A stretch of DNA of 32,000 nt from Vibrio vulnificus CMCP6 (GTDB lineage: Bacteria; Pseudomonadota; Gammaproteobacteria; Enterobacterales; Vibrionaceae): NCBI RefSeq assembly GCF_000039765.1, contig NC_004459.3, positions 1,950,001 through 1,982,000 on the forward strand, read 5' to 3'. Below, piece by piece: positions 29,147 through 32,000 of this stretch (position 1 is its first letter; each line of letters begins with the position of its first letter). The notes under the pieces were generated by a model that saw nothing but the letters and a program-made list of their open reading frames with translations, had not been told where the DNA came from and did not search any database. The position numbers and the translations under genes are program-made.

Positions 29147-30358
29147 ATGAAACGAGTCGTAATCACCGGTATGGGTATTGTTTCAAGTATCGGTAACAAC
29201 GTCGAAGAAGTGCTTGCTTCTCTAAAAGCAGGTAAATCAGGTATCACTTCGTCTGAGCAATTCAAAGAGAAAGGCCTGCGTTCTCAGGTGTGGGGCGATC
29301 TGAAAATTACTCCTGCCGATCATATCGATCGCAAACAAATGCGCTTTATGGGCGATGCGGCTGCGTATGCATACCTATCGATGGAACAGGCAATCGCGGA
29401 TGCGGGCCTGACAGAAGATCAAGTTTCAAATGACCGTACAGGTATCGTTGCGGGTTCTGGTGGTGCTTCATCACTAAACCAAGCGGCGGCAGTAGACACG
29501 CTACGTGAAAAAGGTGTGAAACGTATCGGTCCTTACATGGTGCCTCGTACCATGTCATCAACCGTTTCTGCGTGTTTGGCAACACCATTTAAGATTCGCG
29601 GTGTGAACTACACCATGAGTTCAGCGTGTGCGACTTCAGCACACTGTATTGGTCACGCAGCGGAACTTATTCAACTTGGCAAACAAGATATCGTGTTTGC
29701 AGGTGGTGGTGAAGAGCTTGATTGGACATTGACTATGATGTTCGATGCGATGGGCGCACTGTCAACCAAATACAATGAGACGCCAGAAAAAGCGTCTCGT
29801 ACTTACGATGCAGACCGTGATGGTTTCGTTATCTCTGGTGGCGGCGGCATGCTGGTGATCGAAGAGCTTGAGCACGCCTTAGCGCGTGGCGCGAAAATTT
29901 ACGGTGAGATCGTCGGCTATGGTGCGACATCGGATGGTTACGACATGGTGGCACCATCCGGTGAAGGCGCTGTGCGTTGTATGAAGATGGCGATGCAAGA
30001 TGTAGAGAAAATCGACTACATCAACACGCATGGTACTTCAACGCCAGTCGGCGATGTCAAAGAATTGGGTGCGATTCAAGAAGTCTTCGCGGGTAACAGC
30101 CCTGCTATTTCAGCAACCAAAGCGATGACAGGTCACGCATTGGGTGCCGCAGGTGTTCACGAAGCGATTTACTCAACGCTGATGCTACACCACAACTTTA
30201 TTGCGCCAAGCATCAATATCGAAAACCTAGACGCTGCGGCTGAAGGTCTTGATATTGTGACTGAAATGCGTGAAGCAGAATTGAATACAGTGATGTCGAA
30301 CAGCTTTGGTTTCGGTGGTACCAATGCGACTTTGGTGATTAAGAAATACCAAGGTTAA
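29147..30358 (+). CDS. fabB: 3-oxoacyl-[acyl-carrier-protein] synthase I FabB
   Basis: Active site [42 protein letters not shown]; 403 aa. Confidence 0.97.
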   Translation: MKRVVITGMGIVSSIGNNVEEVLASLKAGKSGITSSEQFKEKGLRSQVWGDLKITPADHIDRKQMRFMGDAAAYAYLSMEQAIADAGLTEDQVSNDRTGIVAGSGGASSLNQAAAVDTLREKGVKRIGPYMVPRTMSSTVSACLATPFKIRGVNYTMSSACATSAHCIGHAAELIQLGKQDIVFAGGGEELDWTLTMMFDAMGALSTKYNETPEKASRTYDADRDGFVISGGGGMLVIEELEHALARGAKIYGEIVGYGATSDGYDMVAPSGEGAVRCMKMAMQDVEKIDYINTHGTSTPVGDVKELGAIQEVFAGNSPAISATKAMTGHALGAAGVHEAIYSTLMLHHNFIAPSINIENLDAAAEGLDIVTEMREAELNTVMSNSFGFGGTNATLVIKKYQG

Positions 30359-30439
30359 TGGCAAAGCTCAGCCGTGTTGCATCGCAGCACGGTCACCAGT
30401 TTCCAGAGCTTGATCAGTACCACTGATCGAACAGACGCA

Positions 30440-30512
30440 GACTCTGTCCCATGGAGAGCGGGACAGGATCCTTTTGTTCTGGAATTTTACCCGGTCTTGT
30501 ACCGGGTTTTTT
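30440..30512 (+). ncRNA. farS: Probable FarS-like sRNA from the fabB 3'UTR (5' end approximate)
   Basis: Directly downstream of fabB, where the FarS sRNA of V. cholerae is located. Hairpin CTGTCCC (30444-30450)/GGGACAG (30460-30466), unpaired GATCCTTTTGTTCTGG, then a terminator hairpin with T-run. Confidence 0.65.
30489..30512 (+). terminator. Rho-independent terminator of fabB / FarS-like RNA
   Basis: ACCCGGT-cttgt-ACCGGGT followed by TTTTTCTTTTT. Confidence 0.88.
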
Positions 30513-30601
30513 CTTTTTGTTTGTCGGTGAATGTGTTGAGATTTTTATGAAAAAGGGCACAATCACTGCAACTTTCCAATATGGATCTGGGATTTGCCAC
30601 A

Positions 30602-31735
30602 ATGAAAATTCTTGTTGATGAAAACATGCCTTACGCCGAGACGCTGTTTAGCCAGCTTGGTGAAGTGATTTTGAAGCCGGGCCGCAGTTTGACGGCTGAC
30701 GACTTGGTGGATATTGATGCACTGATGATTCGCTCAGTGACGAAAGTGAACGCTGCATTGATCAGCAAAGCCAACAAACTGAAGTTTGTCGGTACCGCAA
30801 CAGCGGGCATGGATCACGTTGACCAAGCGCTATTGAAAGAAAAGGGCATTTACTTTACTGCGGCTCCAGGTTGCAACAAAGTGGGTGTCGCTGAGTATGT
30901 CTTTAGTGTCATGATGGTACTGGCACAGCAGCAAGGTTTTTCGGTTTTTGAACAAACCGTTGGCATAATTGGTGCTGGGCAAGTTGGCAGTTACTTACAG
31001 CAATGTTTGCAAGGCATCGGTATTAAAGTGCTGATCAATGACCCTTTTAAGCAAGAAGAAGGGGACGAACGTGAGTTCACCTCGCTGGATCGTTTGTTGC
31101 AAGAAGCGGATGTCATCACCTTACACACGCCAATCACACGCGACGGTAAATATCCGACACATCACCTGATCAACGAAGAAATTCTAAACTCATTGCGTGC
31201 GGATCAAATTTTGATTAACGCTGCACGTGGTCCTGTGGTCGATAATCAAGCGCTTAAGCGTCGTCTGCAACAAGCTGATGGCTTTATGGCGGCACTTGAC
31301 GTGTTTGAATTTGAACCAGAGGTTGATATGGAGCTACTGCCTCTGTTAGCATTCGCCACCCCTCACGTGGCAGGTTATGGCCTTGAGGGGAAAGCTCGCG
31401 GAACCACAATGATCTTCAATAGTTATTGTGAGTTCATCGGTAATGAACTTCGTGCGCATGCCAGCGACCTCTTGCCAACTGCGCCTGTGCCAAAAGTGGT
31501 ACTGGATCGCAAGTGGGATGAAGCAACGCTCCATACCCTGACGCAATTGGTCTACGATGTGCGTAGAGATGACGCACAATTCCGACGTGAAATCGGTGCG
31601 CCAGGTGCGTTTGACCTAATGCGCAAAGAGTATTGGGATCGTCGTGAATACAGTGCAGTCACGCTAGTGGGAAGCGCGCAATGTCGTTTAAAACCACTAG
31701 CAAAACTAGGTTTTCAAGTTGAGGTAAGTCAATGA
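30602..31735 (+). CDS. pdxB: Erythronate-4-phosphate dehydrogenase PdxB
   Basis: [22 protein letters not shown]; NAD-binding [23 protein letters not shown]. Start at Met8 of the listed ORF. Confidence 0.96.
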   Translation: MKILVDENMPYAETLFSQLGEVILKPGRSLTADDLVDIDALMIRSVTKVNAALISKANKLKFVGTATAGMDHVDQALLKEKGIYFTAAPGCNKVGVAEYVFSVMMVLAQQQGFSVFEQTVGIIGAGQVGSYLQQCLQGIGIKVLINDPFKQEEGDEREFTSLDRLLQEADVITLHTPITRDGKYPTHHLINEEILNSLRADQILINAARGPVVDNQALKRRLQQADGFMAALDVFEFEPEVDMELLPLLAFATPHVAGYGLEGKARGTTMIFNSYCEFIGNELRAHASDLLPTAPVPKVVLDRKWDEATLHTLTQLVYDVRRDDAQFRREIGAPGAFDLMRKEYWDRREYSAVTLVGSAQCRLKPLAKLGFQVEVSQ

Positions 31736-32000
31736 GCCAACAATACAATGTTGCCATTCTAGGGGCGACCGGAGCGGTCGGTGAAACCATTCTTGAAGTG
31801 CTTCAAGAGCGCAAATTTCCTGTCGGTGAGTTGTACTTGCTAGCCAGTGAGCGCAGTGAAGGTAAGACTTACCGTTTCAACGGTAAAACAATTTACGTGC
31901 AAAATGTTGAAGAGTTTGACTGGTCGCAAGCGCACATTGGTCTGTTCTCTGCTGGCGGTGATCTTTCTGCGAAATGGGCGCCTATTGCAGCAGAGGCTGG
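31732..32000 (+). CDS. Aspartate-semialdehyde dehydrogenase family protein (Asd/Usg-like), truncated at window edge
   Basis: [52 protein letters not shown]; ATGA overlap with pdxB. Confidence 0.88.
   Translation, partial: MSQQYNVAILGATGAVGETILEVLQERKFPVGELYLLASERSEGKTYRFNGKTIYVQNVEEFDWSQAHIGLFSAGGDLSAKWAPIAAEA

Noticed and set aside
30414-30602. 62-aa minus-strand ORF between fabB and pdxB
   Set aside because: It lies over the hairpins and terminator of the fabB 3'UTR (probable FarS-like RNA) and reads low-complexity KKKKP from the terminator; better explained as non-coding.
1-32000. Mobile element, prophage, CRISPR, integron cassette or defence island
   Set aside because: No transposase, integrase, tRNA-flanked insertion, regular spaced repeats or defence-type domains were seen. 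Gene order is conserved-core style throughout.

Overview
This 32 kb window looks like ordinary core chromosome from a Vibrio species (Harveyi-clade-like gene content and order). From left to right it holds: the end of a chemotaxis cluster (parP-like, cheW, DUF2802); a complete cytochrome c maturation operon (ccmABCDEFGHI); mlaA; two divergent tandem fadL paralogs; an ECF sigma factor with a putative DUF3379-type membrane anti-sigma; fadI-fadJ; a large M16 (pitrilysin-like) peptidase; sixA; smrB; prmB; aroC; a TRIC/YadS-like membrane protein; epmC; a yfcL-like gene; mnmC; fabB; pdxB; and the start of a second asd-family gene. I found no mobile element, CRISPR array, tRNA/rRNA or defence island, and no new multi-gene system. 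The most interesting signals are non-coding. (1) A candidate structured sRNA at about 14828-14990, between the ECF sigma gene and fadI, ends in a strong orphan terminator with no CDS upstream of it. (2) The fabB 3'UTR (30359-30512) carries four hairpins in a row and sits where the FarS sRNA of V. cholerae is encoded. (3) FadR-like boxes lie at fadI (overlapping the predicted start site), fadL2 and possibly fabB. (4) The ECF sigma/anti-sigma pair is embedded in fatty-acid uptake and degradation genes. All calls come from reading the sequence by eye; no searches or folding programs were run.
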